Assembly: GCA_002189035.1 (NCBI GenBank) | Contig: NEEC01000004.1 | Location: 1,550,001 to 1,614,000, forward strand | Length of the DNA stretch: 64,000 nt | Reading direction: 5' to 3' | Source: Utricularia gibba | Taxonomy: Eukaryota; Plantae; Magnoliophyta | In this document: positions 25,371-38,455 of the stretch, in pieces | How the letters are laid out: each line of letters opens with the position of its first letter | Numbering within the stretch: the stretch's first letter is position 1 | Notes under the pieces: model-generated | The model's database searches: none | What the model was told of the DNA's origin: nothing | The model's input: only the letters and a program-made list of their open reading frames with translations | Translations under genes and position numbers: made by a program

Positions 25371-26289
25371 TCATGAATTATACCACCGTTTTTTAAAAAA
25401 TAATAAATAAAAATGAAACCCTTTTCTTTTTTTTTCTTATTGTTTTGTGGTGATTAACAATATTCGTCATATATTCGAGGAATATTTGTAGTGTTTTTTT
25501 TTACCAAATAAAGGCGTACACAAGGTTTTCTTTCATTGATTATGAACCATCTAGTTTTGTAATAGTGTTTAAAATTAAAATAATAATAATAATATTTTCA
25601 AAGTAGAGGAAGAAAAAGAATCATTTATAACAAAATAAACTAAATATTTGAAAAGAAAACATGATTATATTCTATTTTGAAAATGTAGAAAATAAATTAA
25701 TTTAGAATAATAATTCACAAATTTAATTTTTTTTCTATATCAATGTTTTTAATAAATAATATATTTTTTGAATTTTATTTATTTTTTTAAGTTAAAATAC
25801 ATTTTATTAGCTTTTTGTTGTAAAATTGTTGCGTCTGGGCCACGCATCAACTCTCCATCAATTCTCCACTGCGTAGCGGTTACCCACCCAACAATTTGCC
25901 AAGGTCAACAAATCTAGTGATACCGATAGCGTTTTACCCATCCCAGCTAGATCCTGCAAGGAATAAAATATGGAACAAAAATAGAAAAAAATAATAATAA
26001 GAGGAAATTAGAATTACTTACAAAGAGACGATACCATCGGATTACGCGACGATTAATCACAACTTCTCCATGTGGTTGTGTTTTAATCAAATTCTTCAAA
26101 TCTTGATTGTTCGTTTAATTGTCCTTGTTAATGTCCAATTATGCAAATCACGAGTACAACTCGGGCATGTTGCGGAACGTGGCCCAATCCTCGGCCTCTT
26201 AAGCCACATCCATGGCGCCGATCGTCCCCCACGGCGGAAAACGGGGTGGAAAATTGTTGAAACATATGAACCTGGATTTTCTAGAACCT

Positions 26290-26907
26290 TTATCGGAGTT
26301 CCGCGGCTTTTGACATGGTGGAAAGCCGGCTCGGACGCGGTTGGAAATCGGCGCGGCGGCGCTGCTGGTGCGATGACGGTCTAATCAAAGCCGCTAAAGC
26401 TCGCTTTACCAAATCTCCTTCGACTGTTCCTATACGAACCAGCGAATTCGTCATCGCAGATCTCCTCATGTTCAACCTGTTCGGCGAGTATGAAATCGAA
26501 TGATTCGCGCCGTTATTCTTATGCAGAGAACAACGGAACGATCCAGGGTGAGTGGTAGGTGAGCACAAACACGTCCTCTTCTGAATAGAACCGCGTTGAA
26601 AGATCTGATTCCGAGGCGGCGGTGACTGCCCCCCGATTGACCTCCCTGGAGATATAGATCGGTCTAGGGAGAAGCGAACGGACGACGATCGAGGCGGCGG
26701 AGCAAGCGCGTGAAGGTTAACGCGCGTGGGAGACGTGGAACGGCGTTGACTGAAGAAAGCGGGCGCGGAGGAAGAGTGGTAGCTTGAGGAAGAAGCAAAA
26801 GAGGATGCCGCCGTAAAAGGCGACAAAATCGCCGAGCCGGAGGGTTGATGCGTCGATCCCACCGGTAAAACAGAATCGCTTCGCCTTCGTGAAGATGATG
26901 TAGTCAT
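26290..26907 (-). CDS. Intronless plant-specific serine/arginine-rich protein of unknown function (At5g11090/At5g25280-like)
   Basis: TCLCSPTTHPGSFRCSLHK and MRRSAMTNSLVRIG..LIRPSSHQQRRR..PSRLS are the family motifs; TATA-like CTATAAAT about 110 bp upstream. Confidence 0.85.
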   Translation of the reverse strand: MTTSSSRRRSDSVLPVGSTHQPSGSAILSPFTAASSFASSSSYHSSSAPAFFSQRRSTSPTRVNLHALAPPPRSSSVRFSLDRSISPGRSIGGQSPPPRNQIFQRGSIQKRTCLCSPTTHPGSFRCSLHKNNGANHSISYSPNRLNMRRSAMTNSLVRIGTVEGDLVKRALAALIRPSSHQQRRRADFQPRPSRLSTMSKAAELR

Positions 26908-27373
26908 TCAAAAATGAAACTTAAAAAGAAACAAGAAAAATAGATTGCCAACGTCAAATTCCAGAAAGAGCCCTAAGGCTTTCCATTTTTCCAAACAGAG
27001 CTGGAGTTTTAGGGTTCATTTATAGATGTGGGAGAAGGGAGTGGCACCCAACGAGAATGTGAGAACTCGTCAAGGGTAACCATGGAATTTAACATAAGAT
27101 CGTGCTATTGGTCGTCAGTGGGGCCCAAGAATTAAGTCATGGTGCAGTTGGGGAAATCTCTTTCGATCCAACGGTTACGATTTGCAGATAAAATGTAAGC
27201 CCGCCCCAAACGACAGGAGAGGGTGCCGTTCTGAGAGGCGAGCCGAAAAGTTGAAAAAAGCTGTGGCGTTGGCGAAAGCCAAATTATTGCTGAACTGGAA
27301 TATTCTGATGTTTATTTTATAAATATTAAATTTATAGAAAATATGAGAATTTTGAAAAATAAAAAATGCTGAC

Positions 27374-30218
27374 TCAGCAGGCACCAAACTGCTCTTGCAA
27401 AGCAGAAGGAATGGCTGGTCTCCATGTTGTGCCCTCTGGGCTGTCCATGAGCGAAATCCCTAGAGACGCCAAATCTCTGCGGATCGCATCGGACTTCTCG
27501 TAGTCCTTGTCACCTCGAGCTACGTTGCGTTCGTTGATCTTCTGGAGAACGTCGTCCTCCGTTAGCCCTCCTCGCTTAAGAGCATAGTTTCTCAGCTGCT
27601 GTAGTGCCTCAGAGTAACTGTTGGGGCGGAGGCCTAAAATGGAGAGACTCTCTGCAATCGCATCACTTAAAATCGAGAGTGTCTCGATTCTTGACTCTTG
27701 CTTCTTCCCCTGAAAGGAGCATGGAATTCGATAAGTGTAGTAAGGGGGAGGACCTATGGAGAACATGTTTAATGTATCATGTGATCCTTGTTCCTACAGG
27801 TTGACAGTTAAGTGAAGGCTTCATTGTCTGAGGTACCTTCTTGGTGTGGAGAAGATCATTGATGATTTTCATTGGTTCCGACATGGCAGCCAAGGCGACG
27901 GGGGTATGGAGGTCATCTGACATTGACGTTGAAAATTCATCATGAAACTTGTTGATGCAAGGGGCAACTCCTGAAGGAATGGAACCCTTTGGACCCGATG
28001 AGTTGCCATTGCTGAGGATGGTTTCGCAATCATGCAATGTCTACATTGAGGGGCAACTTAAACAGATGAGACCATGTGAGGTAAATGCATCATGCAGTAG
28101 AAGCTCAGCAATTTCAAACCAGATGGCAAGAAGAAACAATATGATCAAGAAGAAATCCTGGATTGTAAGATCAAGAGCTCATGAAAATGGGAGCTAAAAG
28201 GAATGAACAAGAAGTGATTGATCCGCTATTATGACAAGACCCTATTCATTTTATGCAGACAGGAAAAAAAGGCATGCACAGGAAAATGATTATCTGAGCT
28301 TAGCTTAAAACAAATGGCTTGTTAAACGGATTGGATCATTCGTTTTATACCTGATAGATATAATAAAGACGGTCTGATGCACTTTCAAGCTGCAAGTCCG
28401 AGTAGTTTACTGGGGAGCGGTAGTGGGTTCCCAAAAGGAACAGTCTCAAAGCAAGTGGATGGTAAACTTCTATAACCTGAAAAGGTGAAGCCGTTTGACT
28501 AACTGATGTGCAATTAGGCAACATTGATAATTGACTATCTGACGGATCCAGACCTGTCGAATAGTGAAGAAGTTACCGAGGGACTTGGACATCTTCTCAG
28601 AGTCAATGGTGACGAATCCATTATGCACCCAATAATTCACACGACTTTCCTGGCAAGCTGCACAGCTTTGTGCAATCTCATTTTCATGATGGGGGAAAAT
28701 GAGGTCCATTCCACCACCATGTATGTCAAAAGAATGACCCAAATGTGTGGCACTCATGGCACTACACTCGATATGCCATCCGGGCCTTCCTGGACCCCAA
28801 GGGCTCTCCCAGGAAAGTTCACCAGCCTTTGCAGACTGGAATCATGAAAGAATGAAAGGTATAAATCTACAAAGAGAGAGACTGGCATTCTGCACATTCT
28901 AATTCCACCTAGATTTACCTTCCACAGGGCAAAGTCAGCAGGGTTTTTCTTGCGTGAGTCAACAGCCACACGTTCTCCTGGCCGGTTGTCTTCTAATGAG
29001 CGTCCAGAGAGCCTCCCATATTCAACAAATTTGTCAACGGAGAAGTAAATGTCACCGTCAATTGAGTAAGCACACCCATTGTCGAGTATCTAGGACATGA
29101 GCAGAGAGGAGATAAAATTCATGCTTATACATACTCAAAATGAAGACTGCTACAGTATCTCAGACAAGGACTTACAGAATGAAAACAATAGCAGATTCAG
29201 AAGCAACAAAGTAAAGGTGCTACTAATACAAGAAAACGATAAGAATATCAGTGTAATTCTGATTTCAGTGTAGCAATACCTGTTTGATCATTTCAATAAT
29301 TTGAAATATGTGCTCTGAAACTCGAGGTTCTACAGAAGGAGGAAGGCAGTTCAGATATGCCATATCACTATTAAACTCTTCACAAAATCTTGAGCTCAAA
29401 TCAAGTGGACTTTCTCCCAGATCATCTGCTCTGGCAATAATCTACAGAATTTCAAAATGTGTCTCAGGTATTCTGTCACACATATATACGCTGTTCCTTA
29501 ATGTAACACCTAATATGAAATTTTTCTTCTGGTTGTGTGCAGAATATGCTATTTTCCTTACCCCCCCCCCCCCAAAAAAAAATGCATGCAATTTGATTCA
29601 AATCAAAGGCACCACACCTTGTCATCAACATCAGTGAAATTGCGTACATACTTGACTTCATATCCCAAGCACTTAAGGTATCTGCCTGATTTCGAACAGA
29701 AAGAAAAAAAAGAACACCAAATTAGGCAGAGTAAAAAGAAAAAGAGCTCAGAACGTCTAAAGACAACATTTTTACTGAACATTCTATCCTAATTATCAAT
29801 ACCCACGACGGGGTTCATCGAACCTGTACAAAACATCGAAGGCTACGTAGACACGGGCGTGTCCAATGTGGCTGAAATCGTAGGCGGTGACACCGCACAC
29901 ATACATTCCTACTCTTCCTTCAATTCTTGGCTTGAACAGCTCTTTCTGTCTGCTCATCGTATTATGCAGCCATAGCTCCTTAATCTTCATCTCTCTGACG
30001 CTACCATCACCATCGCTGGTCAACTCCGTAGATAATTTCCTGGAACTTGAACTTAACGTAGCAAAAGGCTGAAATCTTTTGACGTTATATCGATTTGAAC
30101 TGATTCCTGAAAGCACGGCGAAGGTTCTCTGTTGGAGTGGAGAGCTGCGTAGCATGAAAAATGGATTATGAGATCTCAACAGAGAAGCCATGGAAGCGGA
30201 GACGTCCAGAGAGCTCAT
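27374..30218 (-). CDS. SYCO: Cysteine--tRNA ligase, chloroplast/mitochondrial type
   Basis: Transit peptide, [17 protein letters not shown] (HIGH), [49 protein letters not shown]. Confidence 0.95.
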
Positions 30219-30276
30219 CCGCTAAGGTGTGGGAGGGGAATACCAATTTTTATTTTTAATTAAGAAACAAAAATCT

Positions 30277-30298
30277 AATGGGCCTTTAAAAGCCCATT
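30277..30298. promoter_or_regulatory. Inverted pair of site II (TGGGCY) elements in the 152-bp CysRS/mARC divergent spacer
   Basis: AATGGGCCTTTAAAAGCCCATT: TGGGCC at 30279 on + and TGGGCT on - at 30291-30296. Confidence 0.65.
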
Positions 30299-30370
30299 CA
30301 AATGCCCCATCCTTGTTCGTTTTCCTGCTCTGTTCAGCTTCCAGTTGGGGAAGAAAGCAAGCATCTGGAT

Positions 30371-32040
30371 ATGGCAACCGAGGAGCAGTGTGTGGCAGCT
30401 ACGGTGAGCTCCATATTCATATATCCCATCAAGTCCTGCCGCAGAATTTCCGTACCTTTCGCATCTGTCTCCGCCACCGGTAACATTTGTTCTTTGCTCA
30501 AGTTAATGGGGAGGTTGCGATTTTAGATTTTCTGCCGAATAACGCAAGTATAAAATATAATGGTTTTTGCGATTGGATATTGGCACAGGATTCATATGGG
30601 ATCGGCAATGGTTGGTGGTGAATTCCAGAGGCAGGGCGTACACACAGAGGAATGAACCTAAACTTGCTCTAGTCGAAGGGCACCTCCCAAGTGATGCTTT
30701 CTCTGCGGGCTGGGAACCAACCAACCGCTCGTTCTTAGGTCTGTCGTGGTATGTTATATATATTTTTTTATTGAAACAAGAGTGAGAACTGAGAAATATC
30801 CTAAGCTAGATATTAGAGCTCCGGGGATGGAGATGCTGAGGATCCCATTGAGAAAACCGACTGAAATAGTAGACGGGATCTCTGTCTGGGAATGGTCTGG
30901 ATCTGCACTTAATGAAGGAGAAGCGGCAGAAAAATGGTTCTCGGATTATTTGGGAAAGCCGAGCAGACTTGTTCGCTTTAACGATGGTAGAATATCTTAT
31001 GACTTCAGGATAATTAAATGCACGCACACTAATATAGATAGATTATCACCTGGATATTGCAGCTTCGGAGACAAGATCTGTGGATCCCAATTACGCTAGT
31101 GGATGTCAGGTCATGTTCTCAGATGGGTATCCTTTCCTCTTGCTATCTCAGGTCAGCACCCACTTAACCACCCCCTTCTCTCTTTCTGTTTAAGGCAACA
31201 CAGAATGCATGGAGTTTGAAGCTCCGGCCTTATTATCTTGGCATACTTAAGCGGCAAAACTTTTCGAAACGATCTTGGAAAATCACTTGTCAACCAAGTA
31301 TCTAAACCAAAATGCAGGGGTCGCTGGATGCCTTAAACAATCTTTTGAAGGAACCTGTACTAGTGAACCGTTTCAGGCCAAAGTAAAGCCTCTTGTTCAG
31401 CTGAGACGAAAAACAACATAATGCTTTGTTGGTTCATGAAATCCAGCACTGATTGTTGCTCCTCCGTGAAGCATTTTGGTTGGTGGATGCCAACCTTTTT
31501 CTGAAGACCTATGGGCTGAGATAACCTTGAACAAGTCAACATTTCGGGGTGTCAAACTATGCGCCCGTTGCAAGGTATTGATGTCATATACGCCGAGCAT
31601 GTTTTCCTTATATATGGACTTGTCAAACCAAGTCACTCTGATACAAAACGAATAGGCTCATGTAGGATTCATATTGAGCCTGTTAGGAATCTCCTCCTGG
31701 GAACTTGAGCTGATCATCATCTGTGATAAACCAGGTGCCCACCATAAATCAAGAAACTGCAGAAGAAGGGTCAGAACCTACGGAGACCCTAATGAAATTT
31801 CGTTCAGATCAGGTGATGCGTCCAGGGAAGAAGCAACAGAAGAAGGTAGTAGTTGCCATTTTTCTTAGAATGTATCCAATGTAAGGACACTAAAAGGGGT
31901 GTTTGCTGCAGGTGTACTTCGGACAAAACATGGTGTGCCGGGACACGAGCAGCGATGGGAAGAGCAACGCCGTCATCAAGGTTGGAGATCCCGTCGTTGT
32001 CCTAAGAATGTTTGCATCTGCTGCCGATGCTGCTGCTTGA
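30371..32040 (+). CDS. mARC: MOSC-domain protein (mitochondrial amidoxime reducing component-like)
   Basis: IYPIKSC, WDRQWLVVN, MFSDGYPFLL, NRFRPNILVGGCQPFSEDLW, KLCARCKVPTINQ, VYFGQN; stop at 32038-32040. Confidence 0.92.
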
Positions 32041-32358
32041 CGAGTAATAAATGCTGTTTAGGAATAAGCTGTAGACCGACTGGTTTTTATCAATGAAAAT
32101 AGTTCTAAAAATAATAATAATAATTGAATAAAATTCGGAACCAATAGTCGCTCTTCTTCTTCAACGCGTTTAATTCGCCCCGCGGAATCGCTACACGTGC
32201 TGGAGGAGTTCATATAGCACTCGGATCGTCACCGATCGTGATATGCTTCTTTTCGCTTTTGATCAATGGATTGAGCTTTCGAGTGGTCTCTTGAAGTTAT
32301 GGGTTATTTCTGAAATTGGCAATCTAGTCATCCAAATTTGGGATTCTTAGTTGTTGGG

Positions 32359-35300
32359 ATGCAGAGGCAGAGTCCGCCTAAGCATAGGCATGATGGGACT
32401 TCGCCTTTGCCGTTGGGAGTGGATTGGAGTCCACCTCCTCGTAATTGGGTATTCTTCTGGCTTATGATTGATTGATTGATTCGTCTGTGGGATTTGTTGT
32501 GGAGTATGCGAAGGGTTATTGGGTGGTTGTTTTTTTCTCAGTTTTGATTCTTCTGATGTGTTTGACTTCGTGATCGGCTCTCTGCTTCATCAGTTAATCA
32601 TGGGAGAATAGGGTATTGACCATTATGTGGTATTGTGTTGTTAGTTCAAGCTCTTCGTATTGAATTAATTTCCCGAACCATGGTGTTGGGTCTATTTATT
32701 TCTGTGAGATCAAGGCGAGAAGGTTTTGAAATATGGAATCTGATTTTGAGCTTAAGATGATGTCTTTGTGGTCAATGCATGTGTCTGGTTTCTGTTTTTG
32801 AATGACTTTTTTGTGTGTTGTATTGTTGGTTTGCTTGATGAACCCTGCAGACAGGCAAGGAAACTAGTTTGCCTCATGATCCACACACAGGATGGTGTTA
32901 CTTTGTGACAATACCGTCTTGGATTTCACTTGCAAAGTCAAGGGATTCTGATCCAGTTGTGGTAAGTTTTTCTATTCGTTTGGCTTGAGTTTACATGTAT
33001 ATGTCACCCTTGATCACTTTCAAATAAAGCCATCCTTGCCCTAGGTGAGTTAATTTTCTCGAAAAAAATTGGAGGTGAATTTTCATATAATGCAGAATAT
33101 GTTATTTCTAGTTTTACAGGATATTCGTGGGAATTCAATCACCAGAAGGAGTTACCACCACAAGAAATCTATTGAGAAGATTTAATGACTTCCTGAAATT
33201 GCACGATGTTGTGAGTTGCAGCCTTTTTCTCACTTGGATGTCCTGGGCTCAAGTTTTTTTCCTTTTGAATGTCCGAATCAGTAGACTAAGTGATGGATTT
33301 TTCTGTTACAGCTTAAGAGATCCTTTCCAAAGAAAAACATTCCATCACCTCCCCGAAGGGACTCCTACGAATGAAAACTAAAAGCATGCTTGAAGAGGTG
33401 TATTTGTTTCCTCCTGAGCATATATTCATAATTTTCATGTGTGTGCTTTCTAGTACCACAAAAGTTGATTCTTTGGTGAACAATGAGGCAATTTGTTGTT
33501 ATATTTGCTTGATTTGCACCTTTCAGCCACCTTAATTAGGATTTTGATGTTAAGCTTACAGAAGGTCTATTTGTTGCAGAGAAGAATTTCTTTGGAGGAA
33601 TGGATGACAAGATTATTATCAGATATCGACTTGTCAAGGAGCATGGCTGCAGCATCCTTTCTTGAGCTTGAAGCCGCAGCAAGGTTATGTGCGTATTGGA
33701 TCTGATTTAATAGTTATTTTCTCGTGCACTTCTGAAGTTCGCTTCAATGTTGCTTTATTCTTTCTTTGTTATTTTTTCTTCCCCCATTCGCAAGTCATAA
33801 TTCTTATTTTGTGCATTTGCTTTCAGCATTTCAAGAGGATGGAAAACCCAGATCTGATTCACATGGTTCTGTGAATACATCAGATTTTTCTTCTTATGGC
33901 CATCCACACTCAAGCATATCTGTGGCTGGAAGTTCAAATCTAGTATCAGAAAATGGGAGTGACACAGCTTATGAGACATCAGATATTGGCTCCCCGAGCC
34001 TTGGAATAGACAACATCTCTGAAGTCGGGACAGAGGATCTATCTTTGTATGAAGACATAAACAGTCCCGTAGATAAGTTTGTCAAGTTTGGGATATCTAA
34101 TATTGATGAGGGTTTATCCATGGGCAGGCCATTCTAGAGAAGATTGAAAGTTTTCCTAAGCATAAAATGGATCATATTATGCACAATGGAAATTATAAAG
34201 CTTCTGAACATGCAGAAGATGATCTTGATGTGCCATCTGAGCGTAATGGGGGCAAGTCAAATCTGCATATTCGAAGGATGTCAAATGAAAGTATTGGAAG
34301 TGACAAGAGTTCACACAGGGGCAATTCATTTCCAAATGGTCTTGGACCGCTTCTTTTTCAAAGTGATACAGATGTAAGGACTAGCAGTGCTGCAGATTCT
34401 GATGATAAGCTCACAGGTGACATGCAAATGGTGCTCCCTATGGATCAGCGTCAAATGGTGAATAGAATACTTGCGACTGTTCAGCGGAGGTTGGTCAATG
34501 CAAAAACAGATATGGAAGATCTGGCATCCAGATTGAGTCAGGAAATTGCTGTGAAGGAATATCTTGCCTCAAAGGTATGGAACTAGTTAAGATTTTCAAA
34601 TTTCATCTACATTTTGTAATTTCTCATGGTGATGTGTTTCCTTTCTGCAATCTAGAAAATGAGGAAAAAAAGATTGAAATTATTGGTTGACAATAGTGCA
34701 AGAGTCAAGGGCTATTTAGGATTATTGATAGTTTAGTCAACAGCAAGATGTGCCATCAAAAACACTGATCGTTTTGATATTCTTGGAGTTGTAGCGTGGT
34801 CCAATTATGTGGTATATCTATGTTCAGTTCAATATTTTCAGTTTATGGTGCTGGTCGTTGTTGTTTTCTCGCTAAGGTTAACATTCAAATGGCAGTTGTA
34901 ACATTATTAGCACCTTTTTAGCTATCATGCATCTATTTAAATGAATCATGGATACCCTTTCTTCCAGGTGAAGGATTTGGAAGTCGAGCTTGATACGATG
35001 AAACAGAAGAGCAAAGAGAACCTCGAACATGCAATTTTTGTTGAAAGAGAAAGGATGACACAAATGCAGTGGAAAATGGAGGAACTCAGGCAGAAGTCGA
35101 TGGAATTGGAACTGAAGTTGAGTTCAAAAGAGGTTGTCTCCTTTTTTTTACATCCAATTTAAGAAATCCCTTTTTTTTAATAAGAAGCTGTTTCAGGAGC
35201 AGATGTTGAGCAGCCAGTCGATGTACATCTCTGGTAATCAGGAGAAAGATGCGTTGATCCAGAAGCTCGATTCTGCCACACAGAACTACGAGAACCTGTT

Positions 35301-36050
35301 GAAACAGCATCAGGAGCTGGAGGGAAAGTTCAAATCTGATATGAGAGTGCTGGTGAAGGAAGTTAAATCTCTGAGAGGCACACAGGCTGACCTGAAGCAG
35401 CAAGTTAGCCAGTTGGCCAAGGAGAAAGTCGAAGCCGAGGTAATTTTACCCATTTTGAAGTCGAGTTTATTTAGAAGTCCCAACTTGAAACATGACTGTG
35501 AAATTATATTACGATCTCATGACTTTGTTTCTTCACAAAGGAACGTTTCCATGAAGAGCAAAAAAAGAATCATGAAACTCAGACTCGCTTTAGGAAGTTC
35601 ATACATAAATGCAAGACTCTGCATGAGCAGCTTCAGGAGTGTGACATCAAGAATCTAGTGAGCGCCCAAGGAGATATTTCATCCGTTTTGGAACCCTCCG
35701 ATCTTGCTCGCACATCAGATGATCAAATTGGCCTTCTTATTGCCGAGGTTTTTCTTGTGTAATACGGGTTATATTTTACTGAATTTCACAAATGATGTGT
35801 TATTATTTGCAACCAGGCTCAGCATTTGATTACGGACAAGGGTGACAGAGATGCAGAGGTGGATGAGCAATCGAGTCATGTAGATGATGAGTTGAGAGAG
35901 ACACTTTATAACATCTTAGTTCAGAATGGTATGCTGAGAAAGCAGGTGAATTCTCTGATGGTACATTCTCTAGAAGTGAACCAGCTACAGCCACTTGAGA
36001 AAGGAGATATTGAACCCCATCCTGATGTAGATGTAAACCATGTGGTTTGA
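32359..36050 (+). CDS. PX-domain protein of the EREX/EREL family with C-terminal coiled coil; one apparent frameshift at about 34123
   Basis: [95 protein letters not shown]. Confidence 0.92.
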
Positions 36051-36560
36051 TGAATATTAAGGAGAACCTTCGGTGCAAACGATAGAATACAATGGATGTG
36101 TATGTAGAATTCAAAAATCAGATTTTGTACGAACTGCCAACAGCCAGAAAACAGAAGCTTCCATGAGGATAATGAGGCAAGTTGCAGGGGGGTTAAGTTA
36201 TAGCCCCTTATCTGAGTAGCTGTCACGAAGAGTGGGGCTGAGCAATGAGCATAGGACCACCTGACACCTCAACTACTTGTTGCTCGTTTTAATTGTTTTA
36301 CTTTCTGAAAATTGAAACAGAGATATAAAGTTGTATATTTTTTGGAATGCATCAGCATCACAAGATCCAGTACACTAACTGCAACCTGATGCCGATATGT
36401 CATAACCTCTGTTACATTCATGAAGATGATGAAAGTCAAGCTGCGCAAAATAACCATTTTACAAAGAGATGACAAACTCATCACAATGCGTATGCATCTC
36501 AGAGCTCATTTTCTACACAAACAGTGACTACATTTGAAACCTTAGAATGCAGCTGAAGAT

Positions 36561-38455
36561 TCAATAAAGAGTAGTATAGTGAGGACCAGCCGTGGTGGGT
36601 AATCCCATTCCGTTCACAGGCAGCATTCCATAGGCTGGCATCATGGGCTGTATGCCCGAAGCATAATACCCGCCACTGTTGCCGATTTTCGCCAGACTAG
36701 GTTGGCCTTGCATTCCATCTTGTCTGTACTGATGCCACACCATTTGCTCCAGAACTAGCAACTGTTGCTTCTTCTCCATATCTGCCATCTGAACATAAGA
36801 TGGTGGTGGAATGTTCAAAGATGCGGCAAATGGATCTTGTCCAACGGCTTGAACTGTTGATCCATCGGGGGCGGGAGGGCAAGAACTGGGGTTCTGTTTG
36901 CTCCAGGACAAGGTAAGGCTACACTGCTAGCACTGCCACCACTCAACTGCATAGTGCTAACATGTTGACGGATGGTCCCCTGGTCATACATGCCATTTAG
37001 CAACAGCGGGTCCAGCCCACCTCCCATTGTAACCTTTTGTTTGGATAGATTACTTGCAGAATTAACAAGAGCCAGCTCCCAATCAGCTTTCCCGCCCTCA
37101 GCAACAAGATTTTGCCAGGCTGAAGTGACCTCCGGCTCACCATTAGATTTGAAAGCTTGCCACGAGCCGTGGTTATTATCCAGAGGTCCAGCAAACAATG
37201 CAAGAGCCAATTTGTTATCTTGATCATCAGCACCATCCTCTTTCAAGTCCAATAAATCTCCAGTTTCCTGAATGGCTGGCTTGGGAGGATCAGGCGAAGG
37301 CTCCTTTGGTGGTGTGGCATGCACTTCAGGGGCTGGCAAAGCCTTGATATCTTCTGCATTGAATGTTTCCTCCTCTCGAGGAGCTGATTGAGTCTCCAAC
37401 TTCTCCGCTGGGCTCTTAGCAGCCTGAGCTTTATCCCTCACAAACTCTTCCAAAGTATCCAACAACTGGCAAGTGACCTTCTGCACTTCTGGATACTCTG
37501 AGGATCTGGCGATACCAAACTGCTTGCACCAATTATAGATACCCACCAACTCATCAATCTGTTTTGCAGAAATATAATACGCATCAAGTGTCTTCACACA
37601 ATCCGGATACTCCATATCAAAGAACTTATCCAGAAGAGCTGCCAAAATTTCACATACACTGGCATACAACTGGAAACTCTCCTTCAAAATAAGGTAGAAT
37701 GCCACCAGAACCATTCTTTCATTCTTTGCCAAACCTGTAGGCCGACAAGATAAAAATCGATCCATCAGTCTCTGCAAATGTGCCATCTTTTCCAGTATCC
37801 TTTTTGGTTTCATATTCCCAATTGGAGTATCAGCATTATTTTCTTGGACAATATCTCCATGGGATCTTGATTTTCGAATTCCATGACTAGGATGGTCACT
37901 GTATTCATAACAATACCCCCTGTAGGATTCTGGAGGTGATCTATAGTTAGATCTATCATTGTCACTTCCATTTCCCGTCTGCTTTCGGTCGTGAATCATC
38001 ATCTCAAGCCTCTCATCCAAGTACAACGCATACATCCTCACAAATGAAGAATGATCCCACGAATTGGGATGCGCTTCATCCCTAAAATCAGAGAGATTCA
38101 GAAGCCTAGTTCCCCTCCTTGTAGCATGGAGAATTTCGTCATTGAAAACAGCATCACCCTCATTCAGCAACCGATGAACCAGGATCAGGCACTTGAGTGC
38201 CACTATCCAATCCCGAGTTTTCCCCAGTCTCTTGGACACCGTCGCGACACAAGCGCTCACATACCCACGGGACTGAAATGTCAAATGAAGTATTTCCTTG
38301 ATGTGCTTCTCAGATGCCGGATCATCATCATGGCTTGTAGCTTTAACTACAGCGATTTCAAGCTCCGGCGCTAAGTTCCCCACCACTTTCGCGATCCCAA
38401 TGCTGGTCTGATCCTTCACAACCCCAATAGCCTTACGTATTGTGCTTAGCGCCAT
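36561..38455 (-). CDS. ANTH/AP180-type clathrin assembly protein (intronless CDS); one apparent frameshift at about 36874
   Basis: MALSTIRKAIGVVKDQTSIGIAKV, VKATSHDD, TRDWIVALK, ADWELALV. The tail PAPDG..QDPFAASLNIPPPSYVQMADMEKKQ lies in the next frame and ends at 36561. Confidence 0.93.

Noticed and set aside
30420-30450. mARC motif reads KSCRR rather than the usual KSCRG
   Set aside because: Single substitution with the rest of the gene intact; cannot be separated from a base error or tolerated variant.
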